A stretch of DNA of 64,000 nucleotides from a virus. Lineage: Duplodnaviria; Caudoviricetes. The notes beneath the pieces were generated by a model. It was not told the origin of the DNA. It searched no databases and saw nothing but the letters and a program-made list of their open reading frames with translations. The stretch is taken from IMG/VR virus record IMGVR_UViG_3300027754_000037; one strand, written 5' to 3'. A program made the position numbers and the translations under genes. Below, piece after piece: positions 1 through 8,366 of this stretch (position 1 is the stretch's first letter; every line of letters begins with the position of its first letter).

Positions 1-413
1 CCAAGAATCACGCACAGCACGGCGATACGGAGTATCAATACACAATCAAAGGCAGCGGTCCAGAAGCGCATGTAAGTTGCTTTGACATTCGCCGTGATAA
101 TTTTTGTTGGATAGACGGCAGGGATTTGTGTCCCCTTTGGGAGTTCATCAACAAAAATAGCAAATTAATTGCTGATTTTAAGCCATTTAAGTTGGTGCAG
201 TTGCAATACAACCAACAGTTCTTGAATGAAACTACGGCTCAAAATATGCTGAAATCACCCGTGCATCACCTAAAATGCTGGGAAGGCAGGCACGAAGGCT
301 GTGCAAACTGGAACACTTGCGTCCAAGATGTTCGTGTCTTGGTGCAGGCTTTTCCAGAACTTTACTCGCCCGATTTCTCCAAATATGGAATCACCTTAGA
401 ACAAGTGGCCTAA
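1..413 (+). CDS. 5'-truncated hypothetical phage protein
   Basis: The frame of track ORF 126..413 is open back to position 3 (KNHAQHGDTEYQYTIKG...), so the gene starts before the window; it ends at TAA 411-413, ahead of a terminator. Confidence 0.7.
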   Translation, partial: KNHAQHGDTEYQYTIKGSGPEAHVSCFDIRRDNFCWIDGRDLCPLWEFINKNSKLIADFKPFKLVQLQYNQQFLNETTAQNMLKSPVHHLKCWEGRHEGCANWNTCVQDVRVLVQAFPELYSPDFSKYGITLEQVA

Positions 414-440
414 AGTCCGGCAATTTTAGGTCATTTGCTA

Positions 441-490
441 ACCCAGATTGCGCAGCTTAACATATCTTGCTGCGTGGTCTGGGTTTTTTT
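441..490 (+). terminator. Rho-independent terminator
   Basis: Imperfect stem CCCAGA..CGCAGC / GCTGCG..TCTGGG followed by T7. Confidence 0.7.
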
Positions 491-513
491 GTAAAAATCA
501 AATTTCTTTGACT

Positions 514-553
514 TTAATTGTATTTTTGAAACAAAACTTCCTGTAGGACTTTG
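514..553 (+). promoter_or_regulatory. Early-promoter-like motif, copy P1
   Basis: TTAATTGTATTTTTGAAACAAAACTTCCTGTAGGACTTTG, between a terminator and the RBS (AAGGAG) of 620..2194; one of 9 copies. Confidence 0.75.
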
Positions 554-619
554 ACGGTGTGAAAATTTTAAACACCCTGCCCGTATACAGGGTGTAACAT
601 CCCAACAAGGAGCTTTTCT

Positions 620-2194
620 ATGTCAGCATACCTCATGATCCAGAATCCCGGTGTGGCACCTAGCGAGGCCTTCACATTACTTGGAGCCAGCACGAAGCGT
701 GGCTCTGACAGTAATGCAACTATTGGAAAGTTTGGAACCGGCAACAAGCAGGGAGTTGCCGTCTGTTTGAGGAACAACCTCAATCCAATTGTATTTTGTG
801 GGAATCTGAAGCTCGAGTTTGGCACTCGAGTGCAGAATGTCCACGATGGATTGAAGAACACGGCTTTCAACCGTGTGGTGGTCAAGTTTGGCGGTAAGGA
901 TGCAAATGGCAGCACCCGAACCAGCACAGAAGATTTGGGGTTTGTGCTGGAACACGGAGCAACCGATTGGGGAGGTGTCGATCTCGCCCTGCGTGAGTTC
1001 GTGTCAAATTCACTTGACAGGGCCTACGAAGAAGATCAACACGCTTGGAATGTGGAATACACTTCCAAGTTGACAACGGAGGAGAGGGCGCAGGCAGAAA
1101 TTCCTTACACTCGTGAGCGGGAGGCGTTCCTGAAATCTCTGAGGGGATTTCAGAGCCAGCAGCAATGCTACCACGATGTCAAGGTGGAGATCGTGAACGA
1201 GGCTCAAGTCCGAGCCAAGGCCGGTCACACTCGAGTCTTTGTGCCACTCACCGAAGAGGTGCTCAAGTTCCACACCAACTTGGGCAAGTGGTTCTTGCAC
1301 TTTAGCGAACCGCAACTTCTTAACGAGGCAATTCTGCCAAAGTCCAATCGGAACTTCAAGGACAAAGGCACCGCTGTCATTTATCGTCGTGGTGTGCGAG
1401 TCCGTGAGATCGAACAGCATTCAGCCAAGCCGAGCCTTTTCGATTACAACCTTGAGAATCTCAAGCTTGACGAGAGTCGCAAGGTTGACGATTGGTATGT
1501 CCAGCACGAAGCTGCAAGGGCTTTTGCCAATGCTTCCAAGATTCAGCTTGGTGTGTTTTGGCAGGCAATGGCCGATGCCCAGAGGGTTTGGGAGCAGGAG
1601 TTCAGCGAGTACGGTCTTGAGGGTTTAAATGACCAGCAGAAGGCCGTGTGGTGCGAGAGCTTTGAGTCCACTCTGGGTGCCAACGCCGTGATCTCCACCG
1701 ACGAGGGTGGTGAGCAGGCAGCAAGGAAGGGCTTCAAGGTAGTCAAGGCACCTACAGCCATCGTCCAAGCTGCCAGAAAACGAGGTGTGCGTACTCCTGA
1801 GACTGTCTTGACGCAAGATGAGCGGGAAGGACGGCAGGTGTACGACAGCACCCCTGACGCTGAGGCAGCAGTTGACTTTGCGTGGGGTCTTGTCGAGAAG
1901 TATGGCTTGCAGAATGGTCGCAAGCGTCCCATCGTCAAGACCTTCCGACAGGCGATGGAGGGTGGAAGCCAGTTGCTCGGCTACTACCGTGACGGCACCG
2001 TCTTTATCAATCAAGACATTGCCGGTAACGGTGCCCTTGTGACTGGTTGGCACGGGCTCAACCAGCAACTGCTTGCTACTGCTCTGGAAGAGGTGGCCCA
2101 TCACGCTACTGGAGCAGTTGACTTCACACGGGATTTCCAAGACTTGCTCTTGAATATCACCGTGTACGCTGCCAAGGAACTGCTGATTCGCTGA
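620..2194 (+). CDS. GHKL (HATPase/Hsp90-like) ATPase, circularly permuted, with C-terminal zincin-like region
   Basis: G-boxes IQNPG, LGASTK and IGKFGTGNK precede the N-box-like ALREFVSNSLD; C-terminal GYYRDGTVFIN...ALEEVAHH; AAGGAG RBS. Confidence 0.65.
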   Translation: MSAYLMIQNPGVAPSEAFTLLGASTKRGSDSNATIGKFGTGNKQGVAVCLRNNLNPIVFCGNLKLEFGTRVQNVHDGLKNTAFNRVVVKFGGKDANGSTRTSTEDLGFVLEHGATDWGGVDLALREFVSNSLDRAYEEDQHAWNVEYTSKLTTEERAQAEIPYTREREAFLKSLRGFQSQQQCYHDVKVEIVNEAQVRAKAGHTRVFVPLTEEVLKFHTNLGKWFLHFSEPQLLNEAILPKSNRNFKDKGTAVIYRRGVRVREIEQHSAKPSLFDYNLENLKLDESRKVDDWYVQHEAARAFANASKIQLGVFWQAMADAQRVWEQEFSEYGLEGLNDQQKAVWCESFESTLGANAVISTDEGGEQAARKGFKVVKAPTAIVQAARKRGVRTPETVLTQDEREGRQVYDSTPDAEAAVDFAWGLVEKYGLQNGRKRPIVKTFRQAMEGGSQLLGYYRDGTVFINQDIAGNGALVTGWHGLNQQLLATALEEVAHHATGAVDFTRDFQDLLLNITVYAAKELLIR

Positions 2195-2325
2195 CCTTGG
2201 CATGATCCCGCCGTGGGGAATGTTCGCCCCAAGTCACGGCAACTTGGGGCTGGAGGCAACTTTCAATATTTTCCGTGTAATAGTGATTACTGTGTTGCTA
2301 AAAATCAAATGGAGATGCCATTACC

Positions 2326-2547
2326 ATGATGTACGATTTTCCTCCTGCCTATGTGGTTTACGAAGACCTTAGACAATTTGAGGTCAGCTTTACCATAAAG
2401 AAACCACGCACCATCCGCAGCAAACAGGTGGTGAGTGCTTCCAGTTCGCAGAATGCCCGTGATGTGATTTACGCACAGTATGGGAAGGATAGTGTGACCA
2501 ATATGTCTGTTCGTGAATTGAAGAATAAGGAGAATGCCGATGAATGA
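2326..2547 (+). CDS. hypothetical protein
   Basis: 73-aa ORF, GGAG upstream, co-oriented with neighbours. Confidence 0.55.
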   Translation: MMYDFPPAYVVYEDLRQFEVSFTIKKPRTIRSKQVVSASSSQNARDVIYAQYGKDSVTNMSVRELKNKENADE

Positions 2548-2728
2548 TAGCGAAAAAAGAGTAACTATATTTGCGCTAACATCGTTGAAAGATTCTTTAT
2601 CATCCCGTATTATAGATTATATGATAGGTGATGGAATACCAGGAGTACATGAAAATGATATAAATGGTGTTGCCGATATTATATCTGGTGCTATTTTGGC
2701 AGTTGAAGGGTGCTATTTTGGCAGTTGA
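2540..2728 (+). CDS. hypothetical protein (C-terminus altered by a 22-bp tandem duplication)
   Basis: AAGGAG RBS 7 nt before ATG 2540; exact duplication 2687-2708 / 2709-2730. Confidence 0.55.
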   Translation: MNDSEKRVTIFALTSLKDSLSSRIIDYMIGDGIPGVHENDINGVADIISGAILAVEGCYFGS

Positions 2729-2749
2729 AGGGAAGGATATATAATATGC

Positions 2750-2784
2750 AAAGACCCCCAAGGTGTAGTGCCTTGGGGGTCTTT
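2750..2784. terminator. Bidirectional terminator
   Basis: 14-bp perfect stem AAAGACCCCCAAGG / CCTTGGGGGTCTTT between convergent + ORF and - strand tRNA. Confidence 0.75.
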
Positions 2785-2801
2785 GTGTCTCTTTCGCAAA
2801 A

Positions 2802-2873
2802 AGCGGGTGAAGAGATTTGAACTCTCAACATTCTGCGTGGAAGGCAGACGCTCTACCGTTGAGCTACACCCGC
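2802..2873 (-). tRNA. trnG: tRNA-Gly (anticodon TCC), no encoded CCA
   Basis: Minus strand GCGGGTG TA GCTC AACGGTA GAGC G TCTGC CTTCCAC GCAGA ATGTT GAGAG TTCAAAT CTCTT CACCCGC T: full cloverleaf, U73 discriminator, followed by TTTT rather than CCA. Confidence 0.95.
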
Positions 2874-3035
2874 ATTATCGTTAGGTGGTTTGCCAGTTGG
2901 GTTGAACCAAAGCATCTTGGTTGGCGACATGCCACCTTGGACAGCATTTTCAAGTGCTGTTCTTTGTGGCATTTTGTTGTCGAGTGCTTCAGCAGCATCG
3001 TTGTTAATCTTCTTAATTACTTCGATGTCCCACAT
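2853..3035 (-). CDS. hypothetical protein overlapping tRNA 5' end
   Basis: Strong RBS GAGGAGG before ATG 3035 (MWDIEVIKK...); ATAAATA motif upstream (3062-3068); stop TAG lies in the tRNA D-loop. Confidence 0.55.
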   Translation of the reverse strand: MWDIEVIKKINNDAAEALDNKMPQRTALENAVQGGMSPTKMLWFNPTGKPPNDNAGVAQR

Positions 3036-3084
3036 GAATAACCTCCTCTTCATTAAATTAGTATTTATGTAATTTTTTTTAACT

Positions 3085-3124
3085 TTAATTGTATTTTTGA
3101 CACGAAACTTCCTGTAGTCCTTTG
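3085..3124 (+). promoter_or_regulatory. Early-promoter-like motif, copy P2
   Basis: TTAATTGTATTTTTGACACGAAACTTCCTGTAGTCCTTTG, upstream of GGAGG RBS. Confidence 0.75.
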
Positions 3125-3139
3125 AAGGGAGGTTTTTCA

Positions 3140-3580
3140 ATGATCAAAAACCATGAGATAGGCACGGTTGAAACTCTGAGTGGAAAAATGGTTGTTATTT
3201 CGCACGAAGAGTTCGTGCGATTATGCGATGATCACGGGTTGGATGTCAAGACAGTCTTGACTGAATATGACAATGTACCTCTGAACTTTGGCTATGACAG
3301 CGTGTTTGGAGTAGACGCTGTAAAAACGCTGAATAAGGATGGTAAAGTCTATTCGGCAGCGACTATTGGCATTCAGCCTTGTGAGTTTGTCAGAATGCTC
3401 TACGAGGGCGAGAAATCTTTTCAAGAGTTTCTCGCAGAGCAGCACAAAAACGAAGGGACGATAGTTCCCGGCAGCGCCATATGGCAGAAATCTGCCAAGG
3501 ACTATCACAACTACATTCTAGGTGTAAGTGGCGAAAATCGCCCCAACACCGATCTTGACCTGTTTTTCGCAGGAGCCTGA
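3140..3580 (+). CDS. hypothetical early protein
   Basis: GGAGG RBS, ATG 3140 (MIKNHEIG). Confidence 0.7.
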   Translation: MIKNHEIGTVETLSGKMVVISHEEFVRLCDDHGLDVKTVLTEYDNVPLNFGYDSVFGVDAVKTLNKDGKVYSAATIGIQPCEFVRMLYEGEKSFQEFLAEQHKNEGTIVPGSAIWQKSAKDYHNYILGVSGENRPNTDLDLFFAGA

Positions 3581-3646
3581 GTTCGATTCACGACCATCCC
3601 GGCGTATACCGGGGTGGTCTGTTTGTTTAATCAAAAGGAGCATCCG

Positions 3647-3931
3647 ATGAACCTGAAACAACACCAACTGATTTGGCGCAAGAACTTTCGTGGACCAGTA
3701 CCCTACAAGCGGGGTGAAACCTGCTTTTCAACGGTACGCAGCAAAGTGGCTGAAGGAATTGAATTCTTCATCCTGAATATCCCCAAGGATCATCCAGAAT
3801 TTGAAACTTTGAACGAAGAGTTCAAAGTCATCCACAAAAATGATTGGGACGGCGACTACTTGGTGCCTTGCCAGTTCGTCCAGTTTGCCGAAGTAGCGGT
3901 GACCTCGCAAGGAGGGGAAACAAGTGAGTGA
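3647..3931 (+). CDS. hypothetical early protein
   Basis: AAGGAG RBS preceded by hairpin CCCGG-CGTATA-CCGGG. Confidence 0.7.
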   Translation: MNLKQHQLIWRKNFRGPVPYKRGETCFSTVRSKVAEGIEFFILNIPKDHPEFETLNEEFKVIHKNDWDGDYLVPCQFVQFAEVAVTSQGGETSE

Positions 3932-4142
3932 TAGCATTAAAAGGATCAATATCCTTATGGATGTTTTTCCTGAATACAAGGAAGACCCAAGCGTACTGAT
4001 TGAAGACTTCAAATGTTGGGTGGAGAAAAATAGAGAGGAATTGATCGAAGAAAAAACCGAAAGCATGGTGGATTTGATTTCTTTGAGTGGACAACTTCAA
4101 TCAGTATGTGGCGATGAAGTTGTTAGGGTAATGTTGGGGTAA
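3924..4142 (+). CDS. hypothetical early protein
   Basis: GGAGG RBS, GTG start overlapping the upstream stop. Confidence 0.6.
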   Translation: MSDSIKRINILMDVFPEYKEDPSVLIEDFKCWVEKNREELIEEKTESMVDLISLSGQLQSVCGDEVVRVMLG

Positions 4143-4160
4143 AATAATTCCTAAATATTA

Positions 4161-4199
4161 CAATTGTATTTTTTGAACATAAATTCCTGTAAGACTATG
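4161..4199 (+). promoter_or_regulatory. Early-promoter-like motif, copy P3 (divergent)
   Basis: CAATTGTATTTTTTGAACATAAATTCCTGTAAGACTATG. Confidence 0.6.
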
Positions 4200-4211
4200 G
4201 AGGAACTAAAA

Positions 4212-4604
4212 ATGAAGATACTTCAAGCGTTCGTCTATAGGAACCTACACCAAGCCGGTGTGTGTTATTCAGTAAAGGATCGCAGCACCGGCAAGGTGGC
4301 CATGCACTCCAACAACTTGGTGGTGAGCAGGGCCAACTTCATAGTCCAAAAAGGCGGACAAGCAAAAGTTCGTCAATTGGGTCGAAAACAAGTTCATGCA
4401 GGGGTTGTTGGCGATTTGGTGGTTGACCCCATCGAGTTGGCCAAAGTCCTGCCCGAACTCCAAAGTGCCCCCAAAGCACAATATAACCCCTACCAGAACG
4501 ATACCTTCGTGTCTGAGTCTAACGAACCGCTGACCAAGGCAGACTATGTGCTGCTTACTAGCGAAAATGGCAAGTCGTCTGTCCGTTACATCACAAAGGA
4601 GTAG
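4212..4604 (+). CDS. Conserved phage protein of the VYRNLH...RKxVHA type; candidate Acb4-like cyclic-dinucleotide sponge
   Basis: Motifs FVYRNLH...YSV...GKV..H...F.VQKGGQAKV...RKQVHAGVVG; the assignment to Acb4 rests on recollection of the family and is unverified. Confidence 0.4.
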   Translation: MKILQAFVYRNLHQAGVCYSVKDRSTGKVAMHSNNLVVSRANFIVQKGGQAKVRQLGRKQVHAGVVGDLVVDPIELAKVLPELQSAPKAQYNPYQNDTFVSESNEPLTKADYVLLTSENGKSSVRYITKE

Positions 4605-4608
4605 TTCG

Positions 4609-4890
4609 ATGAGCACCACACTTGAAAAAGAACCAAAAGCCAATCCCGTAAGGGACAAGGTTGTTTTTAATGTACTCAAGGCCTTGGGAACACCTCCCGG
4701 TTACTATCAGACAAAAGCCAGCAATGTCTTCGAGAATCGATGGAGAGTCGATGTATGGGTCACCATTGCCCAATCGATTCTCGGCACCATTGCCCAGTCT
4801 GTAATCACAGACAGTTTCTTTGTGGTTGCCGATGAGAACGGGAAGGTAGTTTCGCCAATAATCACCAATAAGTATGGAGAAAATCGATGA
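4609..4890 (+). CDS. hypothetical protein
   Basis: AAGGAG RBS; NVFENRWRVDVW and ITDSFFV motifs. Confidence 0.7.
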   Translation: MSTTLEKEPKANPVRDKVVFNVLKALGTPPGYYQTKASNVFENRWRVDVWVTIAQSILGTIAQSVITDSFFVVADENGKVVSPIITNKYGENR

Positions 4891-5135
4891 ACAACTACAG
4901 GCATCAGTTGTTATTTGATAACGGTTTTGGAATAAGTATAATTTGCCATAGCTCAAGCTATGGAAATGAAAGTTGCCTGTTTGAGGTTGCTTTGTTGAAG
5001 GAGGGTGGACTTGTTTATCACGAGAATTTTCGGGATGTGCGGGGTTTTTTAGATTTCCACGCCGTTGCCCGGACGGTTGATGAGGTCAAGGCTTATAAAT
5101 CCGACCTCATCGTCCAGAATCATCCTTGTTTTTGA
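4887..5135 (+). CDS. Conserved phage hypothetical (FxNGxGxSxI..SYG..LFEVA type)
   Basis: FDNGFGISIICHSSSYGNESCLFEVALL; ATGA overlap with the upstream gene. Confidence 0.65.
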   Translation: MNNYRHQLLFDNGFGISIICHSSSYGNESCLFEVALLKEGGLVYHENFRDVRGFLDFHAVARTVDEVKAYKSDLIVQNHPCF

Positions 5136-5160
5136 AGTCATTTACTAAGGAGGCGACAAG

Positions 5161-5406
5161 ATGAGCGAACAATATAGAGGTTTTTACTTCATTCACAAAA
5201 CTGAGGTGAAGGACCTCACGAAAGAACAACTTTGGGAGGAGGTCGAGGAGTACGACCGGAGGTGTGAGGTCGCAGCAAGGAACGGCGAGGGAATTAGCTC
5301 GAAGGAGGGGGTGAGGAACCGACTCTGCCGTGCAGAATTGTATCAGCGCACTTGGGGAAATATCCCCTTCGAGCAGGTTCAAAATTTCTTTGAGCCAATT
5401 TCTTAA
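5161..5406 (+). CDS. hypothetical protein
   Basis: AAGGAGG RBS. Confidence 0.7.
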   Translation: MSEQYRGFYFIHKTEVKDLTKEQLWEEVEEYDRRCEVAARNGEGISSKEGVRNRLCRAELYQRTWGNIPFEQVQNFFEPIS

Positions 5407-5426
5407 TTACAACCTAGGAATCAGAA

Positions 5427-5654
5427 ATGAAAGTATCATTAGACAATGGCAATACATGGGTAGAAGTAGAAAATTTAAAGGTTATTCAAAATATTGAAGA
5501 CCCAACTGATTACGAAGATGAACCTTCCGAAGTGGAGTTGCATTTCAATTTCACTTCAGAAGGAGTGGTTACTGATGTTTGGATAAACGATATTTGTCAG
5601 GGTACTTCAAGTGAAGTTTATTTGACTATCGGAGACAATTTGGTCAACCACTAG
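5427..5654 (+). CDS. small acidic hypothetical protein
   Basis: 75-aa D/E-rich ORF, AGGA upstream. Confidence 0.6.
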   Translation: MKVSLDNGNTWVEVENLKVIQNIEDPTDYEDEPSEVELHFNFTSEGVVTDVWINDICQGTSSEVYLTIGDNLVNH

Positions 5655-5746
5655 TTTTTTTGATTGTACAGCCTAATAATTAAACAATCCCGGTGCGGGG
5701 ACAATAGCAATCCAAGGTCGCACCACCTTGGTAGTATGGAGACTAT

Positions 5747-5965
5747 ATGAGCAATCGAGTTGGACGACCCGACAAATTTGCACCAAAGCAAGTGAAACAA
5801 TTGAAGCAGATCGTGTCAATATATGGTCTGCGCAAGGGCCGACAAGTTCTTAATCGACTTGGAATCCAAGTCAGCTTGCCGACTTTGAGCAAATACATCG
5901 GCAGCACTAGCTGTGGGAAACCTCTGGTTCTTAAGCGTGGTCGCCCAGTTAAAGTGGAGGCTTAA
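5747..5965 (+). CDS. small basic, probably DNA-binding (HTH-like) protein
   Basis: VGRP at the N-terminus, helical core VSLPTLSKY, C-terminal KRGRP AT-hook-like motif; GGAG RBS. Confidence 0.45.
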   Translation: MSNRVGRPDKFAPKQVKQLKQIVSIYGLRKGRQVLNRLGIQVSLPTLSKYIGSTSCGKPLVLKRGRPVKVEA

Positions 5966-5966
5966 T

Positions 5967-6257
5967 ATGATCGAAGGAACTATAAACTATCCGCCCTACA
6001 CTATTGCTTGGGCCAACACACAAGGGCGTATATTTCGCTCCTTTCCATTCCAAACTCCAGAAATGGCATTGGCTTGGGCAAAGGAAAAAGCAACAACCCA
6101 CCTCAATATCCACAACCAACCGGTTTATATGATCACCCCTGATCACCAGTTCAAACCTGTCACCGCCCAACAGTTGGGGATTCCAAAACCAAGCAACGAA
6201 CACGAGGACGATTGGAATGACGAAGATGAGGATGAGATGATGGAAACTGATATATAA
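5967..6257 (+). CDS. hypothetical protein with acidic tail
   Basis: GGAGG RBS; C-terminal EHEDDWNDEDEDEMME. Confidence 0.65.
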   Translation: MIEGTINYPPYTIAWANTQGRIFRSFPFQTPEMALAWAKEKATTHLNIHNQPVYMITPDHQFKPVTAQQLGIPKPSNEHEDDWNDEDEDEMMETDI

Positions 6258-6360
6258 CTCTACCATCGAAAGGATTCGATATGGCCATATTTTCAGTCAC
6301 ATTCGGCATTGTCGTCATGATTGCAATCGTGGTCAATAACGCTTGCATGAAGGACGAAAT

Positions 6361-6585
6361 ATGAAACCACTCCTCGCTGCACTCTGTCTAGCCATGACAG
6401 GGTGCAGATGCTGCCAACACCACGAAAAACCCAAATACAAGCACAAGCTTGTTTCGGGACTTGAATCGGGCACCAAACTGTACCCCGAAGGGTTTGGGCC
6501 AAACCAATACACCAAAAACCACGCACCAAGCCCTTTTGAGTGCTTGGATATTAAAGGCAAACTAGAGTACATCATTGAGTGGTAG
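6361..6585 (+). CDS. putative small lipoprotein
   Basis: MKPLLAALCLAMTG-C resembles a signal peptidase II lipobox; AAGGA RBS. Confidence 0.45.
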   Translation: MKPLLAALCLAMTGCRCCQHHEKPKYKHKLVSGLESGTKLYPEGFGPNQYTKNHAPSPFECLDIKGKLEYIIEW

Positions 6586-6587
6586 AT

Positions 6588-6631
6588 AGTATTCTACCCT
6601 GTAGAGTATTCTACCCTGTAGAGTATTCTAC
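6588..6631. repeat. 17-bp tandem repeat x2.6 containing the dyad GTAGA-GTAT-TCTAC
   Basis: AGTATTCTACCCTGTAG at 6588 and 6605, partial copy at 6622. Confidence 0.85.
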
Positions 6632-6674
6632 AGCAAACCATATCTCCACTACACATCCCAACAAGGAGCCTCAA

Positions 6675-7082
6675 ATGCTCAATATTCGCTCATATATTGA
6701 TCCAGAAGTCCAAATGAGGGTGCTGCAATGTGAAGACAAATTCATCGCAGAAACGGCCCTAGCGCAGCAAACTCTGACAGGCTATCAAACCATCAATAGT
6801 GAGCCCCAAGACACGGCAGAACTGGCAAAAATCTACCTGAAAGCCAAGCTGGTGGCCCTCAAGGAGCGTGAGGAGAAGTTCATCGAAAATCCAGCCGAAC
6901 TTATGGAACACTTGTGCTTCAGCCACGACTGGACTTTCAAATTCAGCGATGGCCATTCCCAATGGGAGGCTGGCGACCGCACTCGCAAATTTATGGAAAT
7001 GATCGTAAGGGAAATCGGACAACCTGCCCGTGAAATCTGGAAAAAATACGCACCTAGTGAAATCTTCCGGTGCCACATCTAA
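6675..7082 (+). CDS. hypothetical early protein
   Basis: CATCCCAACAAGGAGC leader, shared with the gene at 620; ATG 6675. Confidence 0.7.
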   Translation: MLNIRSYIDPEVQMRVLQCEDKFIAETALAQQTLTGYQTINSEPQDTAELAKIYLKAKLVALKEREEKFIENPAELMEHLCFSHDWTFKFSDGHSQWEAGDRTRKFMEMIVREIGQPAREIWKKYAPSEIFRCHI

Positions 7083-7276
7083 CACCATTTAACACTACAG
7101 GAACAATCACATGAGCATTCCCGTAGGTCAAGATGTTCACAACCAAAACCCATCACAGGAAAGGTGGTTGGACCCGTCCACTAAAATCGTCAAAGACTCT
7201 GAAATTGACTGGAGTTTAGTCGAATGTTGCGGTTAGATAACTGCAAGCTTCAGAAAAATTCCAGAAAATAATTAAA

Positions 7277-7316
7277 TCAATTGTATTTTTGACACGAAAC
7301 TTCCTGTACCGCTTTG
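7277..7316 (+). promoter_or_regulatory. Early-promoter-like motif, copy P4
   Basis: TCAATTGTATTTTTGACACGAAACTTCCTGTACCGCTTTG. Confidence 0.75.
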
Positions 7317-7346
7317 TACAGTTCAACTCAACAAGGAGCATAAATC

Positions 7347-7682
7347 ATGGGACTGGACAGCATATGGATTGGCGAAAACAACGAGCGGGCTTTTGTGAAC
7401 GCCGAACTCAACCTCTGCGGAGGCATGTTTTCAGACAGCGGCAACTCAAGCTTCAGAGGCAAGGTATACGACCTCCTTGTTTCAACAGCAACAGGGCAAA
7501 CCCTCTACTCAGAGGATATACCCAACAATCTAGTTGTGCAGATGGCCGAAAAACTGGAAAACTGCACAATTTCCTCTGCACAGGTCATTGATCCTAACAT
7601 CGTGGCACAAGAGCTTGAAGACCTCAAGCTTATGTTCAAGCTCCATGCCGAGGCCGGTCACAAGCTGGTCGGCTGGTGGTAA
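7347..7682 (+). CDS. Conserved phage hypothetical (MGLD-start type)
   Basis: AAGGAG RBS; MGLD...FRG..Y...GWW motifs. Confidence 0.7.
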   Translation: MGLDSIWIGENNERAFVNAELNLCGGMFSDSGNSSFRGKVYDLLVSTATGQTLYSEDIPNNLVVQMAEKLENCTISSAQVIDPNIVAQELEDLKLMFKLHAEAGHKLVGWW

Positions 7683-7752
7683 GGGGCTTGCTTGCCATTA
7701 GACAACTGCAAACCTCAGAGAAATTCTAGAAAATAATTGAATTTAATTGAAA

Positions 7753-7791
7753 TTAATTGTATTTTTGAAACGGAACTTCCGTATCACTTTG
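7753..7791 (+). promoter_or_regulatory. Early-promoter-like motif, copy P5
   Basis: TTAATTGTATTTTTGAAACGGAACTTCCGTATCACTTTG, with dyad ACGGAA-C-TTCCGT. Confidence 0.75.
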
Positions 7792-7818
7792 TAGAGAGTT
7801 AAACAAAAGGAGATTCAA

Positions 7819-8160
7819 ATGACCCAGATCAAGAACCTGACACCTCACGCAATTGTTTTGGTTCAAGGGGAAACCCAAGTTACCATCCAGCCGAGTGGGA
7901 CCGTTGCCCGTGTATCTACGGTTGCGGGGAGCAAGCTTGAAAGTTCCCTGCCTGTAGAATTGTGGTCAGCCAGCACTTTGGGGGAGGTTGTGGACCTGCC
8001 TTCTCCCGAAGAAGGTGTGATTTTGCTGGTGTCCAGCCTTGTGGCTGGTGCAGCGAAGAGGGAGGATGTTTACAGTCCCGGCACCGGCCCCAACGATGGG
8101 GCTGTGCGGAACGAAAAAGGCCATGTTGTGGGTGTCACCCGCCTCGTGCGAAGCACTTAA
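7819..8160 (+). CDS. NLTPH-family protein, copy 1; candidate Crn4-like ring nuclease
   Basis: IKNLTPHAI...PSGTVARV...LLVSSLV...VRNEKGHVVGV; family link recalled, not verified. Confidence 0.45.
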   Translation: MTQIKNLTPHAIVLVQGETQVTIQPSGTVARVSTVAGSKLESSLPVELWSASTLGEVVDLPSPEEGVILLVSSLVAGAAKREDVYSPGTGPNDGAVRNEKGHVVGVTRLVRST

Positions 8161-8284
8161 TTAAGGGGGCGACTCATGGTCAAAGAAATCGCCACGCTGG
8201 TCCTGATGCTCTTCACGGGCACAGGACCAAGTCCTAGTCTACATTACCCAAGCGAATCTGGGTCAATCGCTAGTCTCTAATTAC

Positions 8285-8320
8285 AGCCAGAGAGGGCCAC
8301 AGCCTTCTCTGGCTTTTTTT
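8285..8320 (+). terminator. Rho-independent terminator
   Basis: AGCCAGAGAGG-loop-CCTTCTCTGGCT followed by a T-run. Confidence 0.75.
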
Positions 8321-8366
8321 GCAATTTTTAGGACACTTTACCCACCCCAAACAAAAGGAGATTCAA

